Below, piece by piece: positions 53,648 through 63,231 of a stretch of DNA of 64,000 nt. A program made the translations under genes and the position numbers. The notes below the pieces were generated by a model. That model worked only from the letters and a program-made list of their open reading frames with translations. It was not told where the DNA came from and ran no database searches. The DNA comes from an uncultured Actinomycetes bacterium. Lineage in GTDB: Bacteria > Actinomycetota > Thermoleophilia > UBA2241. Where the stretch lies: NCBI GenBank assembly GCA_963845355.1, contig CAWJRV010000005.1, positions 80,495-144,494 of the forward strand. Direction: 5' to 3'. The number at the start of each line of letters is the position of its first letter. Position 1 is the first letter of the stretch.

Positions 53648-55468
53648 ATGAGTAAGAAACGCCGCTGGTGGCTGATCGTCCTGATTGTGGTGGTCGTCGT
53701 CGCGGCGGCGACCACGGCTGCCCTGCTGCTGCTCGATCGCAACAAGTCGACGGGAGTCCACTACCTGACATCCACCGCGGCCACGGGGACGATTGCCCAG
53801 ACTGTGCAGGCCGACTTCACTCTGGCCAGTGCCCGCGACTCCATGACGATCTCGCTCAGCGGCACCGGCAGCACGTCGAGCGCCTCGAACAGCAGCGCGG
53901 CAGCCACGACCGCCAGTGCCACGACCGCTCGCGCTGCGGTCATCACGGTCAGCGACGTCACCAGCGGCTCTTCGGCTCCGCACGAGGCGACGGCCGCCGG
54001 CCCCGCGGTCACAGAGAGAGTGGTCACGACCGACAGAGCGACCACCACCGACGACCCCTCGACGCCGACACCCACGCCGGCGCCGACGCCCACGCTCACG
54101 AGCTTTGCGCCGACCTCAGGCCCGGTGGGCAGCAGCGTGACCCTGACCGGCAGCGGCCTCACCAGTACCACCGCGGTCAGCTTCGGCGGGAGTGCGGCGT
54201 TCTTCAAGGTCGCAAGCGACACGAAGGTCACGGCGATCGTACCCGCCGGCGCCGTCAGCGGCCCCATCACCGTCACAACCGCCGGCGGCACGGCCACGAG
54301 CGTCGGCCGCTTCACGGTCGCGTCCAACTCCAGGCCCACGCCCACGCCGAGCCCGTCGCGAAGCGCCCATTCCGGCGGGAGCGGTGGCAGCTCGTTTGCC
54401 AGCAGGAGCACCGGCACGACTGCGAGCAGCGGCGGTTCCACGACGTCGAGCGCGAGCGCGGCCGCCTCGAGCGGCGCGAGCGGTGTGGTGACCGGCATCG
54501 CGCTGGCCGCCGGCAAGACGCCGCGCACGCTCGAGCACCTGCTCACCGTCTCGGGTAAGCCCATCTACGCCTTCGTGAGCCCTACCCCGCTGTACACGAC
54601 GCTTTCCACCAGTCTCTCGGCGGGCGACCAGAGGTCCAACGTGGCGGCCCTGCAGCACGCTCTCAAAGACGACGGCTACTTCACCGGCACCATCAATGGC
54701 GACTTCGGCACGACCACCCAGACCGCGCTCGAAGACTGGCAGGGCGCCCACGGCCTGACCAAGACCGGGGAGATCACCACCGCACAGTTCGTCTGGGTTC
54801 CCAGGGGGGCGACGCTTGAGTCATGGAACGTGAGCCTCGGCGGCAGCGTCGGCAACTCCACCGCGCTGGCCACCGTCGACTATCCCCGTGACCTGATCGC
54901 CCAGGCGCTCGTGACGCAGGCCGACGTCTCGTCGCTGAAGGTCGGCCAGAAGGCCATCCTGACGATCGACGGCGAGACGAGCGACCCCTTCACCGGTACC
55001 ATCACCTCGATCGCCACTCAGCCCGCCTCATCGGGCTCGTCGGGCGGCTCGTCGAGCACCGTCGAGTACACGGTCGACCTTGTCCCGCGGGCTCTGCCGT
55101 CGCTCGCCAGGTCGGGCATGACCGGTTCGCTCACAGTCACGATAGCCAGCCGCAGCAACGTGCTGGTGGTGCCGACGAGCGCCGTGAGCGGCACCTCCTC
55201 GGCGTCGTTCGTGCGCGTCATGATGAGCGGCACGCCCACCTATCGCCAGGTCACAACCGGTCTTGCGACCTCGTCGCTCACGCAGATCACGAGCGGTCTT
55301 GCCGCCGGCGAGACGGTCGTCACCGGTCAGTACACGAACTCGGCGACGAGCACGAGCACGAGCGGCGGTCTGGGCGGTTTCGGCGGGTTCGGCGGCGGCG
55401 GCGGCTTCATTCGCCGCTCGACCGGCGGTTCCACGAGCGGCGGGTTCACTGGCGGCGGCGGCCAATGA
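53648..55468 (+). CDS. Efflux adaptor (membrane-fusion protein) carrying an IPT/TIG domain and a peptidoglycan-binding domain
   Basis: N-terminal TM. IPT/TIG-like PTLTSFAPTSGPVGSSVTLTGSGL…VSGPITVTTAGG. PG-binding-like NVAALQHALKDDGYFTGTINGDFGTTTQTALEDWQGAHGLTKTGEI. HlyD-like C terminus. GGFGG tail. Confidence 0.7.
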   Translation: MSKKRRWWLIVLIVVVVVAAATTAALLLLDRNKSTGVHYLTSTAATGTIAQTVQADFTLASARDSMTISLSGTGSTSSASNSSAAATTASATTARAAVITVSDVTSGSSAPHEATAAGPAVTERVVTTDRATTTDDPSTPTPTPAPTPTLTSFAPTSGPVGSSVTLTGSGLTSTTAVSFGGSAAFFKVASDTKVTAIVPAGAVSGPITVTTAGGTATSVGRFTVASNSRPTPTPSPSRSAHSGGSGGSSFASRSTGTTASSGGSTTSSASAAASSGASGVVTGIALAAGKTPRTLEHLLTVSGKPIYAFVSPTPLYTTLSTSLSAGDQRSNVAALQHALKDDGYFTGTINGDFGTTTQTALEDWQGAHGLTKTGEITTAQFVWVPRGATLESWNVSLGGSVGNSTALATVDYPRDLIAQALVTQADVSSLKVGQKAILTIDGETSDPFTGTITSIATQPASSGSSGGSSSTVEYTVDLVPRALPSLARSGMTGSLTVTIASRSNVLVVPTSAVSGTSSASFVRVMMSGTPTYRQVTTGLATSSLTQITSGLAAGETVVTGQYTNSATSTSTSGGLGGFGGFGGGGGFIRRSTGGSTSGGFTGGGGQ

Positions 55469-56658
55469 CGGTTTTTCTCGAGTCGCTGCGCCTGGCGTTC
55501 TCGAGCCTGCGCGCCAATCCGCTGCGCGCGGTGCTGACCATTCTGGGGATCGTCATCGGAGTGGCCGCGGTGGTCGCGCTCACCTCCATAGGCAGCGGCT
55601 CGACACGAGCGGTCGAGAACCGCTTCAACGCCTTCGGCACCGACACGATCACTGTCCAGACCAGCCAGTTCTCCTCAAGCGCCGCGCCGATATCGGCCGG
55701 TGATGTGGCCGCCATCGACGCCACTCCAGGAGTCAAGGCGACCGTCACCTCTGTGAACACGAACGCCACTGTGGCGCTCGGCACGACCAGTGCCACCGAG
55801 ACGATCAGCGGCACGGCGCCGCAGATCGTGGCGATCGACCACCTCACGATCGAGGCCGGCACCTTCTTCAGCGCCTTCGACGCGAGCCACAGCCTGCCGG
55901 TCGCGGTGCTGGGCAACACGGTGGCCGGCGACCTTGACATCTCACCGTTGCGCGCGGTGGGCCAGACGATCGATGTCGGTGGCGTGCAGTTCAAGGTGAT
56001 CGGCGTGCTGGCTGCGCAGGGCGGTGTCGGGTTCGCCTCGGTCGACTCCAGCGTACTGGTGCCACTGGGCGCGATCGAGGGCCGCCTGGTCGCCTTCAGG
56101 CCCGACATCTCGCAGGTCCGCGTACAGGCCGAGCCGGGCGCGGTCGGCACCTTTCAGGCGGCCGTCGAGACCACCCTGCGCACGCAGCACGACCTGACCA
56201 GCAGCGAGCAGGACGACTTTCAGATCATAAACGCGAGCTCCATCGCCTCGGCGGTCTCGTCGTCGACCAAGACCCTCACCCGCCTGATGGCCGCCATCGC
56301 CGCGATCAGCCTGGTGGTGGGCGGTATCGGCGTGGCCAACGTGATGCTGGTCACGGTGCGCGAGCGCACCCGTGAGATCGGCGTGCGGCGCGCTGTGGGC
56401 GCCACCCGGCGCGACATCGTCGTGCAGTTTCTCGTGTACGCCCTCATCACGAGCATCATCGGTGGCATCCTTGGCCTGGGCGTGGGCATAGCCGGCGCGT
56501 ATATCGGCGGTTCGGCCCTGAGCGTGTCACCGGTGTTCTCGGTGGCGACGGTCAGCCTGGCGCTGGTGGTCGCCGCGGCGGTCGGCATCCTGGCCGGCAT
56601 CGGTCCGGCCGTGCAGGCCGCATCGGTAGAGCCCACGGCGGCGCTGCGCTACGAGTGA
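55465..56658 (+). CDS. MacB/FtsX-family ABC transporter permease
   Basis: N-terminal TM + periplasmic MacB_PCD-like domain + C-terminal FtsX 3-TM bundle. Confidence 0.85.
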   Translation: MTVFLESLRLAFSSLRANPLRAVLTILGIVIGVAAVVALTSIGSGSTRAVENRFNAFGTDTITVQTSQFSSSAAPISAGDVAAIDATPGVKATVTSVNTNATVALGTTSATETISGTAPQIVAIDHLTIEAGTFFSAFDASHSLPVAVLGNTVAGDLDISPLRAVGQTIDVGGVQFKVIGVLAAQGGVGFASVDSSVLVPLGAIEGRLVAFRPDISQVRVQAEPGAVGTFQAAVETTLRTQHDLTSSEQDDFQIINASSIASAVSSSTKTLTRLMAAIAAISLVVGGIGVANVMLVTVRERTREIGVRRAVGATRRDIVVQFLVYALITSIIGGILGLGVGIAGAYIGGSALSVSPVFSVATVSLALVVAAAVGILAGIGPAVQAASVEPTAALRYE

Positions 56659-56824
56659 CGGGTGCTGCGGGCCTCGCCGCTCCCCGAGCGGCCGGTTGGC
56701 AACGACTTTTCGCCTCACATATGTGGCGCCGTCTTGCGCCGTCGCACGAGCGGTCTAGTATTTACGCAGAGGGGTCGCGCAGGCCAGGGCGTCGGCGTGC
56801 CCGCCACGGAACCGGGGAGGGTCC

Positions 56825-58153
56825 ATGAGGCGTTTTGCAGTGTGCGGCTTCGTCGTGCTGGCGGCCGGCCTTGTGCTGGCGCCGGGGGCGCTGGCCGCTG
56901 CGGGGGTCAGGCACATCGCTCCGTCGGGAACCCGACAGGCGATCCCCTCCGGGGTCGACTTCCAGCGGCTGGGCGACACGACCTACGACATCAGCGGCCA
57001 CGTGCTCAACTGGGACGGCAGCGCGGCGGTCGGCGCCGAGGTCGACTGGGGCTCGCGGGATGGCGGCACCTACACCTTTGGGGGAACCAACATGCCGTCT
57101 GAGAGCTCGCCCGGCACCGACTCCTCCGGCTACTTCGCGTTCCCCTCGGTGACGTCGGCCCCGACCGCGAACTCCGACGACCTGACGGTCTGGTATTCGG
57201 GCCCATCCGCCAGCCCGCTGCCGGCGTCGTGGCCCGAGAAGTTCGAGACCTGGACCGACGACTTCGCCACGCAGGCCGACTACACGCTGCAGCCCGGCGC
57301 CGTCGCGCTGAATGTTGCCAACCTCGGCAGCGAGGTCGACAACGGCCCGGCCGATGTCTGGGTGTCGGGTGTGCCGGGATGCACCGAGTCCGGTGTCGAC
57401 CTGACCAGCGGCTCGGGCACCGCCTTTGCCGTGCCAGGCAGCTTCAGCGATGTGACCGTGGGCTTCTACAACGAGTGGGGAGCGATACCCGCGGCGGTGC
57501 AGTGGCAGGGGGACGCCACCGTGAATGCGGGGGACACGTATTCCACCGTCTCCCTCGACTGGACGAACGCGCAGAGCGCCGCGCTGGCCGGACATCTCAT
57601 TCAGCACTCAGGCAAGGCCGGGTCGGTCGTGAAGATGGAGCTCGGCAACTGGGCCGCGAACCAGCAGGCGACGTTCTACGTGCGGCGCCCGGACACCGGA
57701 AAGACGTGGACTCTGGCCCAGTCGTACACCTCGAACGGTACCGACGCGACCGTATCCCTCAAGATCCCGACATCGGCTCCGGTCGACCTCTACGAGGTTC
57801 ACGCCGCTCGCTCCGACTCCGGGGAGCTCTACGGCGTGCCCGACCTCATGGATATCTTCCAGGTCTGCACGTTCAAGACATCGGCGAGCGCCATCCACCA
57901 CGGCAAGGCGGTTCGGCTCAGCGGCAAGATCCCGGGCATCGGCTCCGTCGTCATCTACTCGCGACACACGTCGGCCGGCCAGCCGGCCAGCCTGGCCGCC
58001 GCGGGATGGGTGAAGGTCGCCACCTGCAAGTCCAAGAAGGGCGTGTTTGCCACCGGGCTGCTGCATCCGAAACGCACCACGTGGTATGTGGCGAAGTACG
58101 TGGGCTACGACTTCAAGGCCTTCACGTCGGTCATCAAGGTGACTGTGCACTGA
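56825..58153 (+). CDS. Secreted hypothetical protein
   Basis: Signal peptide MRRFAVCGFVVLAAGLVLAPGALAAAG. 442 aa. No recognised domain. Confidence 0.5.
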   Translation: MRRFAVCGFVVLAAGLVLAPGALAAAGVRHIAPSGTRQAIPSGVDFQRLGDTTYDISGHVLNWDGSAAVGAEVDWGSRDGGTYTFGGTNMPSESSPGTDSSGYFAFPSVTSAPTANSDDLTVWYSGPSASPLPASWPEKFETWTDDFATQADYTLQPGAVALNVANLGSEVDNGPADVWVSGVPGCTESGVDLTSGSGTAFAVPGSFSDVTVGFYNEWGAIPAAVQWQGDATVNAGDTYSTVSLDWTNAQSAALAGHLIQHSGKAGSVVKMELGNWAANQQATFYVRRPDTGKTWTLAQSYTSNGTDATVSLKIPTSAPVDLYEVHAARSDSGELYGVPDLMDIFQVCTFKTSASAIHHGKAVRLSGKIPGIGSVVIYSRHTSAGQPASLAAAGWVKVATCKSKKGVFATGLLHPKRTTWYVAKYVGYDFKAFTSVIKVTVH

Positions 58154-58210
58154 CCGGGCCGCGCCGACGCGGTCAGAGGCTCCGCGCAAGAGACAAAAGA
58201 GACGACCTCG

Positions 58211-58248
58211 CGGGACCGGGGCGAGCCGCGAGGCTCGCCCCGGTCCCG
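58211..58248. terminator. 17-bp-stem GC hairpin (cgggaccggggcgagcc-gcga-ggctcgccccggtcccg); a smaller hairpin at 58151..58177 directly follows the stop
   Basis: Exact inverted repeats between the convergent secreted-protein gene and the serpin gene. Confidence 0.6.
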
Positions 58249-58498
58249 CCGTCATCGGGGGCCTTCTTCGTCAGAAACGACGTCGACCCTGACCGCCGGC
58301 TCAGTTCGCCGACTTCACGGGCACACGCGGCCGCTACGACACACACGGTCGCCACGCCGCGCGCGAGCCCGACGACGATGGCGCGCGCACCCCTCGTGGC
58401 CACGACGGCCTTCCTGCCTTGCGGAATGTTCATGGCGACAGGATGGGGCCGCCGGGCCGGATCCGAATAGCGGCCGGCGTTCGGCTTGAGGGCCCGCG

Positions 58499-59770
58499 TC
58501 AGCTCCGAGGGTCTCTGATCAGCGCCATGAACAGCGGGGCGGCGGTGGTCTTGTCGGTGAGCAGCAGAAGGAACGGGTGATCGGCGCGGATGGTGAGCGG
58601 CGCGAAGGGCGCAGAGCCCTCGGCGACGAGGGCGGCCGTCGCGGCCGCCGCCTCGACACCCGTTTCGTTGACGTTCAGCACGGCCTTGTGCACGACGCGC
58701 TGGATGTAGACGCGGCCCTGCGTGCCCGGCGCCACGATGCCCTGCAGCTCGGCCTGCGACGGCGAGAAGGCCGAGATCATGCCCAGGGCCTCCAGCTCGG
58801 GTTTCAGGTCGGGGCTCGAGAAGGCGGTGTGAAGGCGCGGCAGGTCGAGCATGACCTGGGCGGTCCGGGCGCCGCGATACAGCGCGTCCAGACCGCTCCG
58901 CTGAAACTGAGCGAGCAACGACTCGGGTGTCTGGCCGGAGCGCGGCACGACCACCCAGGCGGTGACCTGACCCTTGGTGGCGAGGGCCACAGCGTCGTAG
59001 CTCGGCGTCTGGGCCACCGGGCCGCTGACCGGCCCGTTCATCGTCGGCACGCTCACGGTACTGCCGTCGGCCAGGGTGAAGGGGGCCGCATGGGTCGCGC
59101 CGGCCGCGAACGGCACGCGCCAGTCGGCCTTGACGTGCACCGTGTTCACCACGGTGAGGATCGTCTGGTCGGTGAAGTAGCCGGGCTGGACGATCTGCTT
59201 GATCAGGTCGTTCGTACGCTGAGCGACCCAGTCGTTCACGGCGCCGGCAGCCTTGGAAGGGTCGGTCGGCAGCGGCTGCGTGCCGGCGGCATAGAAGGCG
59301 CGAGCGGCGTTGAGGAACGCCGGGTTGAACGCCACGCCGTCGCGCAGCCAGAGCGAATCGGCGATCTCGACCGCGGGCTTGCCGCCGGCTTGCGCCGAGG
59401 CGATGAGGTCGGCCCAGGCCTGGTTTGTGGCCGGCAGGGTCAGGCCGTCCAGGGCGAGCGCTCGGCGCATCTCGGTCGCGGTTTGCCCGGTGGCGCCGTT
59501 CAGCAGCAGCGAGAGCACGGCATGGATCGAGAGCGGCGAGATGACCACGTTGCCGCTGTCGTCACGCGCCTCGTCGGCCAGCAGGGCGAGACCGAAGCGG
59601 TCGAGCGGCGCGGCCAGCAGAGCAGCCTGGGTCGTGGCCGCGGGGTCGCCGCGGGCCGGGTTCAGGGGCGTCGCCGCGGCGCGGGTCGTGGCATGCAGCG
59701 TGGCGACGACCGCGACCGCGGCGCCACAGGTCGCGACGAGCACGATGGCGATGATGACGATGCGGCGCAT
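58499..59770 (-). CDS. Serpin (serine protease inhibitor) family protein, secreted
   Basis: VISPLSIHAVLSLLLNGATGQTATEM… and a C-terminal reactive-centre-loop/serpin signature …IRADHPFLLLLTD…PLFMALIRDP. Signal peptide. GGGGAGG RBS. Confidence 0.8.
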   Translation of the reverse strand: MRRIVIIAIVLVATCGAAVAVVATLHATTRAAATPLNPARGDPAATTQAALLAAPLDRFGLALLADEARDDSGNVVISPLSIHAVLSLLLNGATGQTATEMRRALALDGLTLPATNQAWADLIASAQAGGKPAVEIADSLWLRDGVAFNPAFLNAARAFYAAGTQPLPTDPSKAAGAVNDWVAQRTNDLIKQIVQPGYFTDQTILTVVNTVHVKADWRVPFAAGATHAAPFTLADGSTVSVPTMNGPVSGPVAQTPSYDAVALATKGQVTAWVVVPRSGQTPESLLAQFQRSGLDALYRGARTAQVMLDLPRLHTAFSSPDLKPELEALGMISAFSPSQAELQGIVAPGTQGRVYIQRVVHKAVLNVNETGVEAAAATAALVAEGSAPFAPLTIRADHPFLLLLTDKTTAAPLFMALIRDPRS

Positions 59771-59912
59771 GGCCCCTCCCCTTGTCTTGCGGAGCCTACC
59801 TACATTTTCCGTCTGCAAGGGAGAGACGCCGCGAGCCGCGCGGCGGTTCGCCGGACGCTCGGCGGGCGCACGCCGGCGGTTCGCCGGGCGCTCGCCGCCG
59901 GGCGCGAGGCTG

Positions 59913-60329
59913 CTAGGCCGCCTGGGGCACGACGAGCAGGGGCATCGTCGCGCGATGCACGAGGTGGTAGGGGGTGGAGCCGAGCAGCAGGCCTGTCAGT
60001 TGTGACTCGCCGCGCGAGCCGACCGCGATCATGTCTGCCTTGGTGCGCGCGGCGACCTTCAGCAGCGCTTCCGCCGGACGCTCGTCTTCGAGGACCACCT
60101 CGGCCGGCACGCCACGCTCGCGGGCCACCTGGAGGGCTTCTTCGGTGACCTTCCTGCCCAGCGCGACGATGTTCTCCGGCGGTACGAGCGACGATGCCCC
60201 TATGCGCGGCGGCGCGTCGGCATAGGTGATCACCACCCTGCCGTCGGGACCGGCGAGCCCGAGCGCCTGATCGAGCGCCGCCTTGGCACACTGTGAACCG
60301 TCGTAACCCACAACGATAGTCAAGCCCAT
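59913..60329 (-). CDS. Universal stress protein (UspA family)
   Basis: IVVGYDGS…ADMIAVGSRG…GSTPYHLVHRATMPLLVV. AAGGAG RBS. Confidence 0.8.
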   Translation of the reverse strand: MGLTIVVGYDGSQCAKAALDQALGLAGPDGRVVITYADAPPRIGASSLVPPENIVALGRKVTEEALQVARERGVPAEVVLEDERPAEALLKVAARTKADMIAVGSRGESQLTGLLLGSTPYHLVHRATMPLLVVPQAA

Positions 60330-60612
60330 CGTCTTCTCCTTCAAGCTCGAGGCGCGCGCCGGCGTCGGTGATCGGATGCTCCGCGGTGCACTCCCGCCAT
60401 GGCGGCCGGCATACTGCCGACGGCCTCGCTTGCGAGGCCCTGCCGGCCTAGCTATCCCCTTGCGAGGCGGCCGGAAACCGCGTTTGAGCGACACGCGTCG
60501 CTCCGTGCTAGGCTATCGGTGGGAGGGCCCTTATGCTGCGCGCAGCGCCGGTCAGGTGCGGGTCGCCCCAGGTTGAGTCAGTCGAGTGACCGCCGACAAA
60601 GGGAGGGAGACC

Positions 60613-62211
60613 GTGAAGCACGCTCCTCAGGTCTTGCTCATCGTCGCCGCGCTGACCGTCGCCATGAGCGCCGCCGTCGCCGCGGGCGCCGTCGGCGTAG
60701 CCGGCGCGGCGAGCGCGGCGAGCGCCACCGCCGCGGCGAGCGCCACCGCCGCGCGGGTCGGCTGGACGGCCCGCCAGGCAAGTTCCGACGCCCCCCTGCT
60801 GTCTGTCGCCACGACCGATGTGGCACACGCCTGGGCGGTCGGCCCCGGCCCGACCATCGTGGCCACCACCGACGGTGGTGCGACGTGGGCCCCCGAGGCG
60901 CCTGCGACCACGAACGACCTCTATGGCGTCACCTTCGCCGACGCCACCGACGGCTGGGCCGTCGGACCCGCCGGCACCGTGGTCGCCACCACCGACGGCG
61001 GCGCCGACTGGACGCCACAGAGCGTCCCGACATCGCAGACCCTGATCAGCGCGGCCAGCCGCGGTCAGAACGCCTGGGTGGTGGGGGCCGGCGGCACGAT
61101 CCTGGCCACCACCGACGGCGGCGCGACCTGGTCGGCACAGAGCGCGCCGCGCGGGCAGGACCTCTTCTCTGTGACGTTCGCCGACCCAGGCCACGGCTGG
61201 GCCGTGGGCGACGACGGCACCATCCTGGCCACCACCGACGGCGGCGCCGTCTGGACCGCTCAAAAGTCGCCGACCGCGGACTATCTGAACGGCGTGGCCT
61301 GCCAGGGTACGACACGCGCCTGGGCGGTCGGCGAGAAAGGGGTCATCCTGGCCACCAGCGACGGCGGTGCGCGCTGGCTGGTCCGTCGGGCGCCCCACGC
61401 CCACGCGCCCGATCTCTACACCGTCGACTTCGCCTCGAGGAGTCACGGCTGGGCGGTCGGACTCGGCGGCCTGATCCTGGCGACGGTCGACTACGGCAGA
61501 ACGTGGCGCGCGCAGCGCTCCCCCTCGGACCAGGTCTTCACCTCAGTGGACTTCACCGACCCGCTTCACGGCTTCGTCACTGAGATCACCGGCGCGGTGC
61601 TGACCACCACGACGGGGGGATGGTCCGACAAGCTGCCGCCGACCGTCTCCGCCACCGGTGTCGCGGGCTGGCATGGGCGCCCGTTCCATGTCCGGCTGCA
61701 GGCGGCCGACGGGCAGGGTTCTGGCGTGGCGACGGTGCAGTATTCGTTCGACCATCGCGAGACCTGGACGACGGGCGTCACGTTCGCGGTGGGGGCGCCG
61801 GCCGATCATAGCAGCGACGGTAGCCACGAATTCTGGGTGCGCGCCGTAGACAACGCCGGCAACGTCGCGCCCACCCGCGCCTTTCATGTGCGCATCGACA
61901 CGCGCCGCCCGGTGGCCAAGGCTCTGTGGGCGGGCCGGGCGGTCAGCGGTCAGCCGGCGGCTCTGCTCTGCGCCGTGAGCGATCCGCGCCCCGGCAGCCC
62001 GACGGCAACGGTCACGATCACCGTGCGGACGGCGTCCGGCCGGACGGTGAAGATCCTCAGGTTCGCCCGGCGCCCGGTGGGCCAGAAGCTGACCTGCCGC
62101 TTCCGCTGCACGCTGGCCGCGGGGCACTATCGCTTCTTCGTGTCGGCGACCGACGCGGCCGGCAATCGGGCCGCAGTCGCGGCCGCCAATAGCCTCACAG
62201 TCCTGCCGTAG
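60613..62211 (+). CDS. Secreted Ycf48/BNR-type beta-propeller protein with Ig-like plus DPRPGSPTATVTI C-terminal module (intact)
   Basis: Signal peptide. Seven or eight blades …HAWAVGPGPTIVATTDGGATW…. Then GVATVQYSFDHRETWTTG…DHSSDGSHEFWVRAVDNAGNVA…IDTRRP, and DPRPGSPTATVTITVRTASGRTVKIL…GHYRFFVSATDAAGN. GGGAGGGA RBS before the GTG. Confidence 0.75.
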   Translation: MKHAPQVLLIVAALTVAMSAAVAAGAVGVAGAASAASATAAASATAARVGWTARQASSDAPLLSVATTDVAHAWAVGPGPTIVATTDGGATWAPEAPATTNDLYGVTFADATDGWAVGPAGTVVATTDGGADWTPQSVPTSQTLISAASRGQNAWVVGAGGTILATTDGGATWSAQSAPRGQDLFSVTFADPGHGWAVGDDGTILATTDGGAVWTAQKSPTADYLNGVACQGTTRAWAVGEKGVILATSDGGARWLVRRAPHAHAPDLYTVDFASRSHGWAVGLGGLILATVDYGRTWRAQRSPSDQVFTSVDFTDPLHGFVTEITGAVLTTTTGGWSDKLPPTVSATGVAGWHGRPFHVRLQAADGQGSGVATVQYSFDHRETWTTGVTFAVGAPADHSSDGSHEFWVRAVDNAGNVAPTRAFHVRIDTRRPVAKALWAGRAVSGQPAALLCAVSDPRPGSPTATVTITVRTASGRTVKILRFARRPVGQKLTCRFRCTLAAGHYRFFVSATDAAGNRAAVAAANSLTVLP

Positions 62212-62340
62212 CCGGCGGGTCCGGCGGGTCCCCGGCGCACGTCGTCGACCGGCGCACGTCGCAACCGTTCACATGCCGCCGGCCTCTGGACGACGCCTTG
62301 CAGGTGCATAGAATAGGTGTGTCGACGAGGACTGGTGTCC

Positions 62341-62520
62341 ATGCCCGAGTACAAGTTTGTCTGCAACGAGTGCGGCAACACGTTCAAAGGGCTGACGTCA
62401 CACATCGGTGACGAGATGTGCCCGGCCTGTGGCGGTTTCGACATCGAGCTTGTGCCGGCCCTCCCCGGCGAGTCGGCGCAGGCCGGCGACCCGCGGGACG
62501 CGGGCGACACAGACACTTAA
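62341..62520 (+). CDS. FmdB-family zinc-ribbon protein
   Basis: MPEYKFVCNECGNTF…CPACGG. Confidence 0.7.
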   Translation: MPEYKFVCNECGNTFKGLTSHIGDEMCPACGGFDIELVPALPGESAQAGDPRDAGDTDT

Positions 62521-62632
62521 GCTCCGCCGGTCGAACAGCCTTGGGGCCGGCGGCAGAGCCGCGGCGCGAGTGCGTGGGCCACGCCTGCCGCGCGGGGGCT
62601 TTGCGTCAGAGGCCCGAAAGGAGAACGGCCGT

Positions 62633-63228
62633 ATGTCCGGCTTACGCGAACGCAAGAAGGCCAAGACCCACGCCGCCATTCAGGAACACGCCATGCGTCT
62701 CTTTGCCGAGCAGGGCTACGAGGCGACCACGGTCGAGCAGATCGCCGCGGCCGCCGAAGTCTCGCCCAGTACGCTCTTTCGCTACTTCCCGACCAAGCAG
62801 GACATCGTCCTGCACGACGCCCTCGACCCGCTCCTGTTCGCCGCTTTCGGCGAGCAGCCGCCGGAGCTGTCCCCGATCCAGGCTCTGCGCGCCTCGATGG
62901 CCGCGGTCTTCAGCGGTCTCACGCCCGAGGACCTGGCTCTCGAATACGAACGCCAGGAACTGATCCTCTGGTCCCCGACCTGCGCGCCCGCATGCTCGAC
63001 GACCTGGCGATCACGATCCGCCAGGTCGCCGAAGTCCTGGCGGCGCGGGTGGGGCGCTCCGCCGACGAGCTGCCCGTGCGCGCGTTCGCCGGCGCGGTGA
63101 TCGGAGCGGGCATCGGGGTGTGGCTCACGGCTTCCGGCTCGGCGCCCTTGACGGCCCAGGGCATGGCGGACCTCATGAAGGATTTCGACGCCGCCATGGT
63201 CTTCCTCGACGGCGGCTTGCGCCTCTAG
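62633..63228 (+). pseudogene. TetR-family regulator with one frameshift near 62960
   Basis: HTH AIQEHAMRLFAEQGYEATTVEQIAAAAEVSPSTLFRYFPTKQDIV. The C-terminal half continues in another frame. Confidence 0.55.
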
Positions 63229-63231
63229 ACT

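Noticed and set aside
58577-60148. 523-aa + ORF
   Set aside because: Antisense to the serpin and USP genes, low-complexity Arg/Gly-rich.
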